NCBI GenBank assembly: GCA_965242525.1
Contig: OZ251459.1
Location: forward strand, 192,001-256,000
DNA: 64,000 nt
Direction: 5' to 3'
Origin: an uncultured Candidatus Binatia bacterium
Lineage (GTDB): Bacteria; Desulfobacterota; Binatia; UBA9968; JAJDTQ01
Positions within the stretch are counted from its first letter, which is position 1, and every line of letters starts with the position of its first letter. The position numbers were made by a program, and so were the translations under genes. This document shows positions 47,701 through 49,354 of this stretch, piece by piece. The notes under the pieces were generated by a model. It did no database searches. It saw nothing but the letters and a program-made list of their open reading frames with translations, and was not told where the DNA came from.

Positions 47701-48939
47701 GAAGAGGGCTTGGGTTGGGACGAGTTGCTGGGGCTGCGGCAGGACGGGTGGAAGCAACCGGAAGGGGAGGGGATCGACTGGAAGGAGGTGTTGGGCGGGA
47801 CGTCGTTCACGGTTCGTCTGGGGAAGGAGGAGGAGGAAGGTTGGGGCCTGGGGATGTGGGCGGGGAGCGATTACCGGAGCCTGTCGGGTGGCCGGGGAGT
47901 GGAGTGGGAGGGAGGTCTGTTCGGGGTGCATACGGGGGCGGACGCGGAGTTGGGGGCGGGTTTGGTGGGAGGGCTGGGGGCGTCGTGGTTCGACGCGGAC
48001 GTGGAGTACGCGGACCGGCGGGGAGGCGAAGAGGTCCGGGGAGAGCACCGGAGCCGGATGACCCTGTTCCATCCGTACCTCGGGTGGTCGTCTGCGGGCG
48101 GGTCGCAGTTGTGGGCAGTGTTGGGCTACGGAGAGGGCAAGGTGACGTTGCGGGACGGGGCTGCGGGCCGGGAGTCGAGCGACGCGGAGTTCCGGGGGGG
48201 CGGATTGGGTGGCAGCGTGCGAGTGTTCACGGGAGCGGAGGGGGCCGCCACGGTGGACCTCAAGGGGGAAGGGCAGATGACGGGGCTGCGGGTGGATGAC
48301 AACGGGGAGTTGCTGGAGGGGGTGTCGGTGGGTACGCATCGGTTGCGGATGGCGGTGGAGGGGAAGCGTCGGCTGGAGTGGGAGTCCGGTGGGTGGTTGG
48401 AGCCGTCCGTGGAGTTGGGGGTACGTTGGGACGGCGGGGACGGTGAGACCGGTGCGGGGCTGGAGTTGGGGAGTGGGATGCGGTACGCGCACGCGGGTCT
48501 GGGGCTGAGTGTAGAGGGGTCGGGTCGGGTGTTGCTGGCGCACGAGGGAGAGGTGCGGGAATGGGGAGTGGGCGGGACGGTCCGGCTGGACCCGGGTTCG
48601 GACGGGCGCGGGCTGTCGTTGCAGGTGAGTCCTGCCTGGGGCAAGACGGACAGCGGTATGGATCGGCTGTGGCGGGAGGGACTGACGGGCGAGAGGGAGA
48701 GCGGATCGGGATCTGGCGCACGGGTGGATGCGGAGTTGGGCTACGGCGTAGGGGTTTTGGATGGCGTGATGACGGTGTACGGGGGCGTGGGGGTGTCGAG
48801 TGGCGAGCGCGCCTACCGCATGGGCAGCCGCTTCGCCTTGGGTCCGTCCCTGAGCCTGAACCTGGAAGGGGAGCGCGCCGGGAGTTCCGGCGGCGCCCCG
48901 GAATACGGCGTCAAGCTGGGCCTGGACTTGACTTGGTAG
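11704..48939 (+). CDS. Giant (~12,411 aa) Ig/Calx-beta repeat surface protein (adhesin) with C-terminal autotransporter-like beta-barrel
   Basis: Uninterrupted ORF (open from 11578). The likely start MKRRIHRHR...AFLAVAAVVALLTSALPSGA-Q is a Sec signal peptide. It is followed by repeated Ig-like, He_PIG-like (LPxATGGDGxLTY...TATDxDGD) and Calx-beta-like (...TIEDDE) modules and amphipathic beta-strands ending in LGLDLTW. Confidence 0.93.
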   Translation: MKRRIHRHRAVACPRTAFLRAFLAVAAVVALLTSALPSGAQTGAPEVRGVYVTSSPSKASETEFRPYDQGDHVDVQVLFSQAVTVTGAPRLALTIGSRTRHAAFRSVSGGNVFFRYEVMGGDRDADGISVAADALTLNGGAIEAGGVAAALGLGSHALGNQANHRVDGGWPTYGGVAQPAYAFTRGTRGSFTLPAAADANSWTTYALAAPPALPGGLSFDPATRVLSGAPQVGMAKTAYTLNVFHLVGPGRNVLADSLTFTVTAAGATPAVSGVSIASSPASGASYATGENIDVEVTFNYPVTVTGAPRLALAIGSATRQAAYRTHSGSTVSFRYPVAAADVDRDGIGIAAGALTLNGGSIEASNVVAALGLGSHAITNDSGHSVNDPQPSFGSATVADRHWTAGTAASLQLPQATGGDGTVSYTLTGPGAVTSLSLPQGLVWSAATRTISGTPGAAAAAASYTWTATDGDGDTARLSFDVTVAAANAPKPIGLAFHTQPGFDGDYAAGERIEAYIQFDQLVTVTGSPRLALDVGGVVRHAAYSRSSSDVDELAFKYTVTSSDFDGDGVSIRAGALSLNGGTIVGADAAAVPASLAIAAYARINAAGHTVRDTQPAFSGAASAAARSLAKDAATATDLPRATGGDGALTYGISPALPAGLALGSARPTITGTPTAAGATTHTLTATDADGDAATLGPFTITVVDGAPAISDVTIASVPYANGSYGLKELIQVTLKFDRGVVGRNLSLSRLALDVGGTTRLARYNGFHRNGGWLYEYVVQAADLDTDGISIGTDALALNGSALTHHETGVAASTVLGTHAITNAAAHKVDGSAATALAVESVRILSTPASSDGYDVGEKIRTQVTFSRPVTITGNPRLALAIGNDVRQVTGYPPSWVTDELVFAYTVTANDRDADGVSVGASALTLNGATIRDADGADAALALGTNAITNASAHKVYTPARVTGVTISSSPGANGAYDVGETIDVDLSWSQRVVHSGNGGWPRLALTIGANTRQVPWNHAAYGIAPYRYSYTVTASDWDGDGISIGADALTVPSGSHLKGNGNVAAVLSLGTHAIANDSGHTVRDGKPAFGSVAARPYLLNVAVSDELPAATGGDAPVTYALTGPGTAATLSLPAGLSWEADTRTLSGAPQSETAAASYTLTATDTDGDTATASFDLSVVTEPLVTGLTITSSPASGDTYAAGETITAEVTFDQVLTVTGAPQLALSVGDATRQAAGSHTTGESKIAFRYTLGTADRDADGISVAAGALTLNGATIRNAKGEDARLGLGANALAAQTGHKVSAPPKITGVELHSNRLRCCWGVQPDGWADSRQTDHNRFPPALVYVEVTFDQTVAVTGTPHVALRIGSATRQAVYDSFLSRILANRAHQPGDVSVAGFYYELQPGDHDGDGVSVAADALTLGSGEIRDAEGEDAVTGLGAHAITNDPDIRVADTAPSFAASAESTRRYLLNLRANDRLPAATGGDGTVTYTLTGPGAATTLSLPAGLAWSAATQTISGTPTTAAAAASYTLTATDADGDAATVTFSLAVVTDPVVTDVAITSSPASGDAYAAGETITVDVTFDQSVTVEGTPNLALTIGSEARKAGGSHLPGQSKITFSYRVAANDRDANGISIAADALTLNGGTIRNAKGEDMRLGLGAHAVVGAAGHKVSAPPRVVEVKLDTTDLACCWSTQPSGWADPRQTATNRFAPAVVIAAVTFDQAVVFGGSGTPSLALTIGARTRQAAYNGYISRRMARSTGRDLARVLAFQYTLQPSDFDGDGISIRAGALSLPSGMTMRDREGEPAVLGLGAHAIANDPAYRVRDTAPSFGTAAIQPQHWLARVAGSLTLPTATGDGSISYALTPAQRPSWLAFDAATRVLSGTPPGSVERTTWTWTATDGDGDATALTFPLTVASARAPRVFDVKFISTPAAHSTYPPGAMIKAGVKFDKGVTVTGVPTLDLDIGGAARQAAYVGTQNGYLVFDYTVLQEDYDTDGVSIGSGALAHPATGNGGIFDAANGATRAALGLGSHAITNAIGHQVGSPPRVTGVSVRSTPQQAGTYTRGATITVQVDFDQTVTVTGAPRLALAIGGQTRQAVAAAGTGTAYIRFSYTVAAADADTDGIGVAAGALTLNGATIRDADGQDAVLDLGSHARAAFANAKVDGSMTGLWPVFGAAAGPDLALTVGTAATHALPTATGGDGTLRYAVSPALPAGLVVNAATGVLSGTPGMESPRTAYTLTATDTHGDAATLVFHLKAAGTRPVVSGVTVASTPLSGDTYGASEEIRVDVTFERTGTGAMMVRGAPRLALTIGGRTRQATFLSVSGATLRFRYTAQAEDRDTDGIAVAAGALTLNGGLIRDAAGNNAILGLGSHALGAQASHKVDGSAGRAPAVTGVRVISTPASGDTYSYGETIEVEVRFDQAVGVSGTPNLALTLGSATAPAAWNRAGTSPTKQIFRRVVAAADVDPDGLSVAAGALTLNRGTIRNVAGTNAALGLGSRALGNQASHKVNGANAAAPAVTGVAIRSFQSDGWYDHGETIEARVTFSKAVTVTKATVRGEDFWPELTLTIGGTARKASYHAASGRSVDFRYTVRDPDHDPDGISIGARALDSHGAITYDVGAAADRVLSGVVDLGSHALGNQTSHKVDGRTAAVTGVTINTTPANSAGYGAGETIRVQVNFSDLVDKWSGSSRLALTIGDNTRHASLSHSIGPRHSRSLYYEYTVRSTDRDADGISIAAGALTGSLRRREGNPVNFALGSHALGAQAAHKVTGAVVTPRVTSVTMIGFPQSNQTFTLGEEIRVRVTFDVPIVASGGAPRLALAIGNATHRLNGQLLALIHALEFSHTVGPSDRDADGISIAAGALTLPAGATLRSRLGAAAALGLGSQAMTNDARFKVDGSSNPAAAGEVKLSGSARHDTFLTGERFKISVHYDKTVTVTGTPTVALQVGSVTRRVPLSNNIGRTLSSYRGRAPNFYYTVQHGDRDPDGISIGADALRLEGASITGPGGKAAQLRFTNSIVNDSMFKVGGAARPTPTFGAAVVPARVWTVGVPVDFTLPPATDGDGTLTYALTGPGTSAATLSLPRGLTYSATSTGAFGGGRISGTPAVDANPATYRLTATDTDGDAATLDFTIRVMRDLTPRFEATVDDREWIEDAAIDAFDLPAAVSGNGTLTYTLSPALPGGVSRADRRVSGAPDAAAARTEYTWTATDADGDEGSLTFHVTVAEDTAPSFGDATIDDQSWKQGSQITAVILPEATGGNGPLTHVLRQEGLPAGVELDGRVLQGTPTAVWELVEYTWRATDQDGDRAELTFDLEVYADLQPSFGDATLDDRTWIERQAITAFTLPAATGGDGDLTYALTPALPAGVSRDAATREVSGTPSATLAATVYTWTATDADGDRAELSFTAAVDGIPTFGDRTIAEAEWVKGVAIAAFTLPEVTGGDGRVTYALTADAPHTGLPAGVVRDAATHEVTGTPTATRARAEYTWTATDTDGDEASLSFHAAVVEPPVVTLALSPAAIDEHDGTNPGSAEVTATLDKASRADVTVTVAAAAGTNAAAGDYALSNAVTLTIAAGETTSTGTVTVTAVDNAVDAPDKEVTVSATVSGNSGAADPASVTLTIRDDEAAPAVVLAVADGAVAEDGGTTTVTATLSHASSAATTVTVAGVEGAYTVDSSDATITIAAGETENATDTVTITAVNDDVDNVGDRAVTVTGTAANAQAAAESETVAVTGAALTLTDDEATPVATLALSAAAIDEHDGTNPGSATVTATLDGASSEAVTLTVAASAGTNAASGDFSLSGTNTLTIAAGETSSTGTVTVTAVDNTADAPDKEVTVSATVSGDSGVADPASVTLTIDDDDAAPTVTLAVADGAIAEDGGTTTVTATLSHASSAATTVTVQPEAGAYTVDADATITIAAGETENATGSVTITAVNDAVDNVGDRAVTVTGTAANAQAAAESETVAVTGAALTLTDDEDTPAVTLLLSDATIDEHDGTNPGSATVTATLDRASSEAVTLTVAASAGTNAEGGGVSLPGAQSPTDGPGERTSTGAVTGTSTDDRDFTLSSARTLTIAAGERTSTGTVTVTAVDDTVDAPDKQVTVSATVSGDSGVADPSSVTLTIEDDEAAPTVVLAVADASISENGGTTTVTATLSHMSSAATTVTVQPEAGAYTVDAAATITIAAGETENAADSVTITAVNDDVDNVGDRAVTVTGTAANAQAAAESATVAVTGAALTLTDDEATPEATLALSPATIDEHDGTNPGAATVTATLNRASTEAVTLTVAATAATNAADGDFSLSSAKTLTIAAGDTSSTGTVTVTAVDNTADAPDKEVTVSAAASGDSGVADPASVTLTIEDDEAAPTVALAVADASISEDGGTTAVTATLSHASSAATTVTVQPEAGAYTVGADATITIAAGETTNAADSVTITAVNDAVDNVGDRAVTVTGTAANAQAAAESATVAVTGAALTLTDDEDTPEATLALSPATIDEHDGTNPGAATVTATLNRASTEAVTLTVAAAAGTNAAATDFSLSAAETLTIAAGETSSTGTVTVTAVDNAVDAPDKEVTVSATASGDSGVADPASVTLTIEDDEAAPTVVLAVADASISENGGTTAVTATLSHASSAATTITVQPEAGAYTVGADATITIAAGETTNATDSVRITAVNDAVDNVGDRAVTVTGTAANAQAAAESETVAVTGAALTLTDDEDTPVATLALSEATIDEHDGTNPGSATVTATLDRASSEAVTLTVAAAAGTNAASGDFSLSVAKTLTIAAGETSSTGTVTVTAVDNTADAPDKEVTVSAAVSGDSGIAAPTNVTLTIEDDEAAPTVALAVADASISENGGTTTVTATLSHASSAATTITVEPEAGAYTVDADATITIAAGETENATDSVTITAVNDAVDNVGDRAVTVTGMAANAQAAAESETVAVTGAALTLTDDEATPAVTLALSDAAIDEHDGTNLGSATVTATLDRASSEAVTLTVAVAAGTNAAASDFSLSSTKTLTIAAGETSSTGTVTVTAVDNTVDAPDKQVTVSATVSGDSGIAAPTNVTLTIEDDEAAPTVALAVADASISENGGTTTVTATLSHASSAVTTITVQPEAGTYTVGAAATITIAAGETENAADSVTITAVNDAVDNVGDRAVTVTGTAANAQAAAESATVAVTGAALTLTDDEDTPEATLALSPATIDEHDGTNPGAATVTATLNRASTEAVTLTVAAVAGTNAATTDFNLSSTKTLTIAAGDTSSTGTVTVTAVDNTADAPDKEVTISASVSGDSGVADPSSVTLTIEDDEAAPTVALAVADASISENGGTTAVTATLSHASSAATTITVQPEAGAYTVDADATITIAAGETENATDSVTITAVNDAVDNVGDRAVTVTGTAANAQAAAESATVAVTGAALTLTDDETTPTATLALSPATIDEHDGTNPGSATVTATLNRASSEAVTLTVAAAAGTNAAATDFSLSAAKTLTIAAGETSSTGTVTVTAVDNTADAPDKEVTVSATVSGDSGVADPASVTLTIEDDEAAPTVALAVADASISENGGTTAVTATLSHASSAATTVTVQPEAGAYTVGADATITIAAGETENATDSVTITAVNDAVDNVGDRAVTVTGTTANAQAAAESETVAVTGAALTLTDDEDTPEATLALSPATIDEHDGTNPGSATVTATLNRASTEAVTLTVAAAAGTNAAATDFSLSAAKTLTIAAGETSSTGTVTVTAVDNTADAPDKEVTVSATVSGDSGVADPASVTLTIEDDEAAPTVALAVADASISENGGTTAVTATLSHASSAATTVTVQPEAGAYTVGADATITIAAGETTNATDSVTITAVNDAVDNVGDRAVTMTGTAANAQAAAESETVAVTGAALTLTDDEDTPVATLALSDATIDEHDGTNPGSATVTATLNRASSEAVTLTVAATAGTNAASGDFSLSAAKTLTIAAGETSSTGTVTVTAVDNTADAPHKQVTVSATVSGDSGVAAPASVTLTIEDDEAAPTATLAVADRAINENGGTTTVTATLSHASSVATTVTVQPKAGAYTVGADATITIAAGETENAADGVTITAVDDAIDNVVNRTATVTGTAQNGHGVGTVTGARLTLTDDEGAPTATLVLSDATIDEHDGTNPGSATVTATLNRASTEAVTLTVVAAAGTNAAATDFSLSSTKTLTIAAGDTSSTGTVTVTAIDNTVDAPDKRVSISASVSGDSGVAAPTSVTLTIEDDEAAPTVALAVADASISENGGTTTVTATLSHTSSAATTITVEPEAGAYTVGADATITIAAGETENATDSVTITAVNDAVDNVGDRAVTVTGTAQNGHDVGTVTGAALTLTDDEETPEATLALSPAAIDEHDGTNPGSSTVTATLNRASTEAVTLTVAATAGTNAAASDFSLSSAKTLTIAAGDTSSTGTVTVTAVDNTADAPDKQVTVSASVSGDSGVAAPSNVTLTIEDDEAAPTVALAVTHNPISENGGTTTVTAALSHPSSAATTITVSAAAGDHTVAADFEQTGTALSIAAGDTTSTGTVTIAAVDDDEDAAHDKTVTVTGSAQNSQGVGRVTGASLTLTDDDVNKVPSFGTVIEDQEWPVATEIARLDLPQATGGDGPLTYTMSPALPSWLTRDGFAVTGTTPALSVAGRDYTWTARDSDGDVAELTFEIAVSETTVDPEGGMLSLAISSPRVTEGASGATAALSYAVTLSSASTEQVTVKYADAGTGTAASGTDYAALSAGTLTFAPGDTSKTVTVTVTGDGVDEPNETVKVSLSLPVNANVPVSGGTGTGTIEDDDAAPTVTLAVADSAIAENGGTTTVTATLSHESSAATTITVEPEAGAYTVGADATITIAAGATSNATDTATVTAVNDAIDNVGNRAVTVTGTAANAQAAAESATVSVTGAALTLTDDEDTPEATLALSDATIDEHDGTNTGSSTVTATLNRASSEAVTLTVAAAAGTNAAATDFSLSSAKTLIIAAGETSSTGTVTVTAVDNTADAPDKEVTVSATVSGASGVADPTNVTLTIEDDEAVPTVALTVADASISENGGTTTVTATLSHASSTVTTITVEPGAGAYTVGADATITIAAGEAENATDSVTITAVNDAIDNVGDRAVTVTGTAANAQAAAESATVAVTGAALTLTDDETTPMATLALSDATIDEHDGTNPGSATVTATLDRVSSEAVTLTVAATAGTNAASGDFSLSSAKTLTIAAGETSSTGTVTVTAVDNTADAPDKEVTVSASVSGDSGVADPVSVTLTIEDDEAAPTVALAVADASISENGGTTRVTATLSHASSAATTITVQPEAGAYTVGAAATITIAAGEMANATDSVTITAVNDAIDNVGNRAVTVTGTAANAQAAAESATVSVTGAALTLTDDEETPEATLALSDATIDEHDGANPGSATVTATLNRASTEAVTLTVAATAGTNAADGDFSLSSAKTLTIAAGETSSTGTVTVTAVDNTADAPDKEVTVSATVSGDSGVADPASVTLTIEDDEAAPTVALAVADASISENGGTTTVTATLSHASSAATTVTVEPEAGAYTVGADATLTIAAGETSNAADSVTITAVDDAIDNVGNRAVTVTGTAANAQAAAESATVSVTGAALTLTDDEATPTATLALSDATIDEHDGANPGSATVTATLNHASSEALTLTVAATAGTNAAATDFGLSSTKTLTIAAGDTSSTGAVTVTAVDNTADAPDKQVTVSASVSGDSGVAAPSNVTLTIEDDEAAPTVALAVAHNPISENGGATTVTATLSHPSSAATTVTVSAAAGDHTVAADFEQTGTTLSIAAGDTTSTGTVTIAAVDDDEDAAHDKTVRVTGSAQNSQGVGTVTGASLTLTDDDVNKVPSFGTVIEDQEWPVATEIARLDLPEATGGDGALTYTMTPALPSWLTRNGFAVTGTTPALSVAGRDYTWTVRDSDGDVAELTFEIAVSATTVDPEGGMLSLAVSSPRVTEGAAGATASLSYAVTLSAASTEQVTVKYADAGTGTAASGTDYAALSAGTLTFAPGDTSKTVTVTVTGDGVDEPNETVKVSLSLPVNANVPVSGGTGTGTIEDDDAAPTVTLAVADSAIAEDGGTTTVTATLSHESSAATTITVEPEAGAYTVGADATITIAAGATSNATDTATITAVNDAIDNVGDRAVTVTGTAANAQAAAESATVAVTGASLTLTDDEDTPEATLALSPTAIDEHDGTNPGASTVTATLNRASSESVTLTVAAAAGRNAAATDFNLSSAKTLTIAAGEMASTGTVMVTAVDNTADAPDKEVTVSATVSGDSGVADPASATLTIEDDEAAPTVALAVADASISENGGTTTVTATLSHESSAATTVTVEPEAGAYTVGADATITIAAGETANAADSVTITAVNDAIDNVGNRAVTATGTAANAQAAAESATVAVTGAALTLTDDEAAPAVTLALSEPDALKPDTIDESGAGNASTVTATLDRASSEAVTLTVAAAAGTNAAATDYNLSSGKTLTIAAGETSSTGTVTVTAVDNTVDAPDKEVTVSATVSGNSGVSAPSAVTLTIEDDDAAPTVTLAVADSAISENGGTTTVTATLSHASSAATTVTVQPASGAYTVGSDATITIAAGETSNASDTATVTAVDDAIDNVVNRSTTVTGTAANAQAAAESATVAVTGAALTLTDDEAAPAVTLALSEPDALKPDTIDESGAGNASTVTATLDRASSEAVTLTVAAAAGTNAVASDFSLSSTKTLTIAAGETASTGTVTVTAVDNTVDAPDKEVTVSAVVSGDSGVAAPASVTLTIEDDEAAPTVALAVADASISENGGTTTVTATLSHASSVATTITVEPEAGAYTVGADATVTIAAGETSNASDTATITAVDDAVDNVVNRSATVTGTAQNGHDVGAVTGAALTLTDDETTPTATLALSDATIDEHDGTNPGSATVTATLNRASSEAVTLTVAATAGTNAASGDFSLSSAKTLTIAAGDTSSTGTVTVTAVDNTAHAPDKQVTVSASVSGDSGVADPSSVTLTIEDDEAAPKVTLVLSSSSISEDGGQATVTATLSHASSAATTVTVAASAGAHTAAADFSLSANRVLTIAAGTTTSTGTVTISAVDDDEDAANDKTVAVSATAANGHGVAGDPNAVTLTITDDDLDRKPTFGGAQVASRLWPTATVIPRLVLPRATGGDGTLTYTLSPALPSWLSRNGFLVTGTTPGDPTNQVEYTWTVEDEDGDEDSVKFLAAVIRPGDPPRLVNPPGIVVNTGDMPALSLSSPRVTEGASGSTSALRWTVTLSKASTAQVTVKYADAGTGTATSGTDYAALSGGTLTFAPGETSKTVTVTVTGDGVDEPDETVKVSLSEPVNARLPVSAATGTGTIEDDDAAPTVALAVADASISENGGTTTVTATLSHASSAATTITVTAVSDAYTVGADATITIAAGETETATDSVTITAVNDAVDNVGDRAVTVTGTAQNSQGIGTVTGASLTLTDDETTPTATLALSDATIDEHDGTNPGSATVTATLNRASTEAVTLTVAATAGTNAADGDFSLSSANTLTIAAGDTSSTGTVTVTAVDNTADAPDKEVTVSATVSGDSGVADPSSVKLTIRDDEAAPTVTLAVADNAVSENGGTTTVTATLSHASSAATTVTVQPEAGAYTVGADATITIAAGETSNASDTATVTAVNDAIDNVVNRSTTVTGTAVNAQAAAESATVTVIGAALTLTDDEATPAVTLALSEPDALKPDTIDESGAGNASTVTATLDRASSEAVTLTVAATAGTNAAATDFSLSSAKTLTIAAGDTSSTGTVTVTAVDNTVDAPDKQVTVSATVSGDSGVAAPASVTLTIRDDDAAPTVMLAVADASISENGGTTTVTATLSHASSAATTITVQPEAGAYTVGADATITIAAGETANAADTATITAVDDTIDNVANRTATVTGTAQNSQDVGTVTGASLTLTDDEGAPTATLVLNPAAIDEHDGTNPGSATVTATLDRASSEAVTLTVAATAGTNAASGDFSLSSAETLTIAAGEMASTGTVTVTAVDNTVDAPDKEVTVSATVGGDSGVAAPASVKLTIRDDEAAPTVTLAVADNAISENGGTTTVTATLSHASSAATTITVQPEAGAYTVGADATITIAAGETSNAADTATVTAVNDAIDNVVNRSTTVTGMAANAQAAAESATVAVTGAALTLTDDEGTPVVTLALSEPDALKPDTIDESGAGNASTVTATLNRASSTAVTLTVGATAGTNAASGDFSLSSAKTLTIAAGETASTGTVTVTAVDNTVDAPDKEVTVSAVVSGNSGVAAPASVTLTIEDDEAAPTVTLAVADSAISENGGTTTVTATLSHASSAATTITVTAVSGAYMVGSDATITIAAGETSNASDTATVTAVDDAIDNVVNRTTTVTGTAANAQAAAESATVAVTGAALTLTDDEGTPVVTLALSEPDALKLDTIDESGAGNASTVTATLNRASSTAVTLTVGATAGTNAASGDFSLSSAKTLTIAAGETASTGTVTVTAVDNTVDAPDKEVTVSAVVSGNSGVAAPASVTLTIEDDEAAPTVTLAVADSAISENGGTTTVTATLSHASSAATTITVTAVSGAYMVGSDATITIAAGETSNASDTATVTAVDDAIDNVVNRTTTVTGTAANAQAAAESQTVAVTGAALTLTDDEAAPTVTLALSEPDALKPDTIDESGAGNASTVTATLDRASSAAVTLTVAAAAGTNAASGDFSLSSAKTLTIAAGDTSSTGTVTVTAVDNTVDAPDKEVTVSATVSGDSGVADPASVTLTIEDDEAAPTVTLAVADNAISENGGTTTVTATLSHASSAATTVTVQPEAGVYTVGADATITIAAGETSNTADSLTITAVDDAIDNVPNRAATVDGSAQNSQGVGTVTGANLTLTDDEGAPTATLALSDATIDEHDGTNPGSATVTATLNRASTQAVTLTVAAAAGRNAASGDFSLSSTKTLTIAAGDTSSTGTVTVMAVDNTADAPDKEVTVSAMVSGDSGVADPASVKLTIRDDEAAPTVTLAVADNAISENGGSTTVTATLSHASSAATTITVQPASGAYTVGSDATITIAAGETSNASDTATVTAVNDAIDNVVNRTTTVTGTAVNAQAAAESATVAVTGAALTLTDDEATPAVTLALSEPDALKPDTIDESGAGNASTVTATLDRASTEAVTLTVAATAGTNAASGDFRLSSAKTLTIAAGETSSTGTVTVTAVDNTVDAPDKEVTVSAVVSGNSGVAAPSAVTLTIEDDEAAPAVTLAVADNAISENGGTTTVTATLSHASSAATTVTVQPEAGAYTVGSDATITIAAGETANAADSVTITAVDDAIDNVVNRTATVSGTAQNNHDVGTVTGASLTLTDDEGAPTATLVLNPAAIDEHDGTNPGSATVTATLNRASTQAVTLTVAAAAGTNAAATDFELSSARTLTIAAGDTGSTGTVTVTAVDNTADAPNKEVTVSATVSGDSGVADPVAVTLTIEDDEAAPGVILSVADSAISEDGGTATVTATLSHASSAATTVTVQPVSGAYRVGSDATITIAAGETANAADSVTITAVDDGVENAEDRSVSVTGTAENSQGVGGVAGAALTITEGSGQGTRQNAGAEDGAPAFASDRFDAQRYVRDSTIAPVPLPAATGGDGTLTYTLSGPGDSSGLTLPAGIAYAAPSAGDGTGGTLSGTPAEVAAEATYTLTATDEDGDEASLSFSMEVVSAVRAAPNRVPSFDPNMFASQRYIEDRAIEPVVRLPAATGGDGRLSYELRGPLVAPGDDMTRLARPSRAPLPTGILYVAPGRPEMCRGRGDAGKMDMSAVGGGTLCGTPREAAVERVYTLTARDEDGDTATLRFTILVEPDLTPSFEETVADQEWIEDEGIAPVSLPLARGGNGTLRYTLTPALPGGVVRDPSTHTVTGTPTEGWERTEYAWTATDEDGDSAVVRFSVTVLTEADVQRRRLRGVNEVILPEVSRAMWSSAVDSVSVRLGPDRRVESADVARTVASVLEKLPGRERGLEEGLGWDELLGLRQDGWKQPEGEGIDWKEVLGGTSFTVRLGKEEEEGWGLGMWAGSDYRSLSGGRGVEWEGGLFGVHTGADAELGAGLVGGLGASWFDADVEYADRRGGEEVRGEHRSRMTLFHPYLGWSSAGGSQLWAVLGYGEGKVTLRDGAAGRESSDAEFRGGGLGGSVRVFTGAEGAATVDLKGEGQMTGLRVDDNGELLEGVSVGTHRLRMAVEGKRRLEWESGGWLEPSVELGVRWDGGDGETGAGLELGSGMRYAHAGLGLSVEGSGRVLLAHEGEVREWGVGGTVRLDPGSDGRGLSLQVSPAWGKTDSGMDRLWREGLTGERESGSGSGARVDAELGYGVGVLDGVMTVYGGVGVSSGERAYRMGSRFALGPSLSLNLEGERAGSSGGAPEYGVKLGLDLTW
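11830..22230 (+). repeat. N-terminal region: 18 divergent Ig-like domains interspersed with 12 He_PIG-like domains
   Basis: Recurrent PxVxxVxIxSxP..YxxGExIxVxVTF..VTVTGxPRLALxIG..FxYTV...DxDxDGISI..ALTLNG motif and recurrent ATGGDG...TATDxDGD motif, counted by eye. Confidence 0.8.
22234..46455 (+). repeat. Tandem array of ~30 two-domain Calx-beta-like units (705, 690 and 717 bp variants) with three inserted He_PIG+Calx-beta modules
   Basis: The period is visible in the DNA and in antisense ORF spacing (24228, 24933, 25638; 42015, 42732, 43449). Motifs IDEHDGTNPG / DTIDESGAG, AVDNTADAPDK, SISENGGTTTVTATLSHASS. Confidence 0.92.
47521..48939 (+). other. Autotransporter-like translocator: helical linker plus outer-membrane beta-barrel
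   Basis: Helix-like RRRLRGVNEVILPEVSRAMWSSAVDSVSVRL, then alternating strands starting at GMWAGSDYRSL (~47850); terminal Trp fits a BamA beta-signal. Confidence 0.8.
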
Positions 48940-48974
48940 ATCTGGGCCGAAACCGGGGAGTCTACGGGACCCAT

Positions 48975-49150
48975 CCCGTCATCCCGGTGAAAGCCCTGCC
49001 CCGTCATTCCCGCGAAAGCATGTCCTCGCGGAAGCGGGGACGGGAATCCAGACCTTGCGAGCAAACCCCATGTGGATTCCCGCTTTCGCGGGAATGACGG
49101 AGGGTGGGCGTTTGCGGGAATGACGGAGTGAGCGTCCGCGGAGATGTCGC
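48975..49150. repeat. REP-like palindrome cluster (right), a head-to-head pair plus degenerate units
   Basis: CCGTCATTCCCGCGAAAGC...CGGGAATCCA (49001-49050, with an inserted hairpin), TGGATTCCCGCTTTCGCGGGAATGACGGAG (49073-49102), then GCGGGAATGACGGAG again. Confidence 0.85.
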
Positions 49151-49251
49151 TTCCCTTTCCCTCCTACCTTGCCCATACGAATTCCTGAAGAGTCCCCAAG
49201 GGAAGGCCTGATCAATTCCGGCTTGGACTCCCTGTCCCTGCGGGAAAGCGC

Positions 49252-49289
49252 GTCCTTCGACTTCGCTACGCTACGCTCAGGACGAACGG
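49252..49289. repeat. Second-family REP-like element
   Basis: GTCCTTCGACTTCGCTACGCTACGCTCAGGACGAACGG resembles the CCTTCGAC...GCTCAGG..GAACGG extragenic repeat type; single copy in this window. Confidence 0.5.
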
Positions 49290-49354
49290 AGGAAAGTGCT
49301 ATCCGTGCGGAACTCGGTTATGATGACGGGCGGGCTTGTGGTAAGGAGGCCGAC

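Noticed and set aside
11599-48543. Many long antisense ORFs (up to 1756 aa) and periodic 222-231-aa antisense ORFs over the giant gene
   Set aside because: They are shadows of high-GC, T/A/V/D-rich codon usage and repeat periodicity; R/G-rich or mirror-image sequences with no family motifs.
46500-48939. RTX/T1SS secretion signal for the giant protein
   Set aside because: I saw no GGxGxD nonapeptide repeats and no T1SS genes; the protein has a Sec signal and a beta-barrel C-terminus.
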